From: Bispira polyomma
Lineage: Eukaryota
Reading direction: 5' to 3'
Assembly: GCA_965649765.1 (NCBI GenBank)
Contig: OZ287750.1
Span: 7,006,001 to 7,070,000 of the forward strand
DNA length: 64,000 nucleotides
Positions 61,601 to 64,000 of this stretch are shown here, in pieces (positions within the stretch are counted from its first letter, which is position 1; each line of letters opens with the position of its first letter). The position numbers and the translations under genes were made by a program. Under the pieces are notes generated by a model, which saw only the letters and a list, made by a program, of their open reading frames with translations, was not told the DNA's origin and did no database searches.

Positions 61601-64000
61601 GCTTCGCCCAAGTCGCTGTCAATCAGGATTCGGATATTGTTATCCTGTTCGGAGCTGGTAGCCATGGCGACCCTTTCCCATTTGATGGTGCAAGTGGGAC
61701 CCTGGCACATGCATTCTTCCCTCGCTATGGCGGAGATGCTCATTTTGATGAATCCGAAACCTGGACCATCAATACATTCAATGGTAAGAGTCAGGGTTTT
61801 TAACATAAGTTTTGCTGGGTTTTTTATTTACAAAATGTCTTAAATCAAAGACTGTATTTTTGCTCAAACCAGTCTTAAACTTGACATTTTTGTCTTAGCT
61901 AAGATTTGTCTGAAATTGGGAAACTTCCAGAAAATACCAAAACCTCTTTTATTTTATCAACCTTCTATTATCAAAACACAATCTTGCTCTCTCAATATGA
62001 TCATATAATTTTATAATACAGGTTCTACTGTACATGACAATTTTAAAATGGTAAATATAGTTCCTTTCATTTCAGAATGGTTATGTTGTGTTGTCAAATA
62101 CCCTAGCTTTGTAACATTGTCCAGCCTATTAAAAACATTGGTGTTAGTCTTTTATATCATAAGTTTTAAAAACATTTCAGAGCACTTAATATTTTACATT
62201 AAGAACATTTCAGAGCACTTAACATTCTATTAAAAACATTTCAGAGCACTTAACATTCTACGTTAAGAACATTTCAGAGCACTTAACATTCTATTAAAAA
62301 CATTTCAGAGCACTTAACATTCTACATTAAGAACATTTCAGAGCACTTAACATTCTACATTAAAAACATTTCGGAGCACTTAACATTCTACATTAAGAAC
62401 ATTTCAGAGCACTTAACATTCTACATTAAGAACATTTCAGAGCACTTAACATTTCTATATTAAGAATATTTCAGAGCATTTAACATTTCTACTTTGAGAA
62501 TTTCTAAAGCGTAAGAAAGCAGTTTCATCTGCGAAACATCTTAAATGTGATTATAAAGGTGAAACGTTTAGACAGGAAGTTGCAATGGTATATATTGACT
62601 ATATATTACATATCTACCATGTTTCTGCAGGTATAAACCTCTTTCAAGTTGCTGCCCATGAGTTTGGCCATGCTCTTGGTTTGAGCCATTCTAACATCAA
62701 TGCTGCTCTGATGGCCCCGTTCTACCGTGGCTACCAGCCAAACTTCATGCTCCATTCGGACGATGTCCTTGGTATCCAGGCTATCTATGGCAGACCTACC
62801 ACCACAAGAAGCCCATTGACTACCACGACTACAACACCTAGAACTGAAGGGATGACACCAAGAGGGGCTATTACCACACCCAGACCAGCAGTCACCACTA
62901 AAGGTCAGTGTTCATACGCAAATGGCTGTGTTTTTTTGTCATCAAATTGGTACACCTGGGCATACTGGCTTCAACACTAGCTATATCCCTGAAAACCTAC
63001 CTTTTCAGCAAGACCTCTTCACCTTGACCTACCTTACTCTTTCTGTCATCTCCTACAGTCATGACCCTTTTATGTTTAATGGCTACTTTGAAATCATGAC
63101 AAACAATTTTCCTGTTGTGTTCACAATACGTATTGCAATATATATTGGATAGTATTCCAGTAATGCATTTTCAAAAATAAAAGCGAGTGTCAAAATTAAA
63201 TGATAATATCTTTTAAATCTAAATGAAACACTTAAATGAAATGTTTACATTATACATGTTTACTGAAATTACCACCAGTAAATTTTTGAAATAATGGAGA
63301 CCAAATTTCAAATTTTTAAGGATTATGCGTATTTACTGACCAAATCAGTAACTTTTATTGTATGAAATAATTATGAATTTAAACAATCCTTCATAGAATA
63401 TGTACCGATTAGACAATCTATGTAAAAACTATTACCAACACCATTACACAGATTGACTGAAATTAAATTATACTGATTAGTCAATCTGTGTATAAATGAA
63501 CCATTAATTTCAGTCATTACGCGTAATGACTGGTGGTTTCAGTCAGTCATTACGTGAAATGACTGAACGTTTTAGTCATTATGCGTAATAACTGGTTTCA
63601 CAGATTGACTGTAAGATATACATGTATTGTTACAGTCTCCAACACCACCACTGATTAAACAATTTTCCAAATTTATATTGCAATACACTGTATAAAAAAC
63701 ATTCTATTGGGCCTTATTGATTTTTTGATATATATGTATATTGTTACAGTTGCCACCACCACCACTGAGTCAACCTCGAACACTGACCTGGTTGACTTGT
63801 GTGAATCTGGTAAGATGGACGCCATCACCCAGGTACAGCATGCTGACGGCAATGTGAAGCTGTACGCCTTCAGAAAAGACTACTATGCAGAGATCGGTAA
63901 CGGACAAGTGATGCCAGGATTCCCTAAGAAGATCAGCGAGGGCTGGCCAGGGCTTCCCAACGACATTGATGCTGCCATCTTTTGGGAAGCCACCTACAGC
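55568..64000 (+). CDS. MMP-B: second matrix metalloproteinase, 3'-incomplete; join(55568..55654,57993..58122,58687..58824,61475..61783,62631..62903,63750..>64000)
   Basis: GT-AG introns with compatible phases; signal peptide, [30 protein letters not shown], Thr hinge, start of hemopexin; first four intron positions match MMP-A. Confidence 0.92.
56396..56935. mobile_element. MITE with about 55-bp TIRs, MMP-B intron 1
   Basis: ATATACGCACGGATCCGTGTGTATAAAAATAATGTTATACACACG / CGTGTGTATAACATTTGTTTACAAACACGGTCCGTGCGTATAT. Confidence 0.75.
57235..57720 (+). mobile_element. Old tRNA-SINE interrupted by a MITE (57326-57535)
   Basis: Head GGTTCAATCC, then inverted arms ATACTCAGCTTAAACTCATACTCAACTCAAAT / ATTTGAGTTGAGTATGAGTTTGAGCTGAGTAT, then body resumes GGTGTATAAATAGGTACC. 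Confidence 0.65.
57993..58122 (+). CDS. MMP-B exon 2 (DYLKQYHY...[11 protein letters not shown])
   Basis: Homologous to MMP-A exon 2; AG/GT boundaries. Confidence 0.93.
58687..58824 (+). CDS. MMP-B exon 3 (PRCGLPD, RRRKR)
   Basis: Within ORF 58677..58877; AG/GT boundaries. Confidence 0.95.
58811..59720. repeat. About 40-bp minisatellite (CTACATTCTGTGGAGGGTAAGGGGTTAAATAGTGTGTATA), about 20 copies, starting in MMP-B exon 3
   Basis: Direct tandem array decaying 3'-ward. Confidence 0.95.
60478..60862. mobile_element. Foldback MITE with about 125-bp arms, MMP-B intron 3
   Basis: GTTAGGTAAAATCTGACTGCATATTTAAAAT and GTTTCTGCATACAGTGGTACTG both recur inverted at 60790-60862. Confidence 0.8.
61253..61363. 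mobile_element. Hairpin MITE (about 110 bp)
   Basis: GGGCCCGTATTCA..GACTTATCCAAGTCTTAGGTTTAAATCTAG / CTAGATTTAAGCTAAGAGTTGGCTAAGTC..TAAATATGGATCC. Confidence 0.7.
61475..61783 (+). CDS. MMP-B exon 4 (catalytic domain)
   Basis: [34 protein letters not shown]. Confidence 0.95.
62169..62490. repeat. 31-34-bp minisatellite (AACATTTCAGAGCACTTAACATTCTACATTAAG), about 10 copies
   Basis: Direct tandem array in MMP-B intron 4. Confidence 0.95.
62631..62903 (+). CDS. MMP-B exon 5 (zinc motif, hinge)
   Basis: [17 protein letters not shown]; GTCAGT donor. Confidence 0.93.
63750..64000 (+). CDS. MMP-B exon 6 (hinge end, hemopexin start; runs off window)
   Basis: [28 protein letters not shown]...YAFRKDYY...[28 protein letters not shown]. 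Confidence 0.92.

Noticed and set aside
58811-62490. CRISPR-like arrays at 58811 and 62169
   Set aside because: Head-to-tail minisatellites without spacers.
63040-63100. Alternative terminal exon of MMP-B after TCTCCTACAG
   Set aside because: Acceptor-like sequence only; short non-homologous peptide and no other support.
533-63152. Remaining short ORFs in the six-frame track
   Set aside because: No recognisable domains; most are antisense or alternative frames of MMP exons and TEs, or low-complexity chance ORFs.

Overview
AT-rich eukaryotic (invertebrate, probably lophotrochozoan-type; inferred only) genomic DNA with one assembly gap (51821-51953). The only host genes I can support are two tandem + strand matrix metalloproteinase (M10A/matrixin) paralogues. 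MMP-A is complete: 7 coding exons, 20668-38047, 579 aa, with signal peptide, PRCGLPD cysteine switch, KRKKR furin site, [11 protein letters not shown] zinc motif, Thr/Pro hinge, hemopexin domain and a GPI-type C-terminus. MMP-B runs from 55568 past the window end, with 6 exons seen. The rest is transposon-derived or tandem repeat. This includes a decayed DIRS/Ngaro-type element, several L2/CR1-group LINEs (one near-complete, antisense in MMP-A intron 3, with a hydrophobic leader and a 2A-like GDVSINPGP motif), at least four SINE families, many MITEs, a Helentron-type element with a 147-bp repeat core, and minisatellites. Most notable observations: (1) a 192-bp 28S rRNA fragment spanning the R2 target site is fused directly to a Penelope-like GIY-YIG C-terminus; (2) splice junctions of both MMP genes are repeatedly shadowed by local degenerate copies, including a minisatellite made of donor sites; (3) a structured short element shares its 3' stem-loop tail with the resident LINE; (4) the hemopexin domain has an unusual insertion. 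No CRISPR array and no intact tRNA or rRNA gene. All coordinates and alignments were made by eye.
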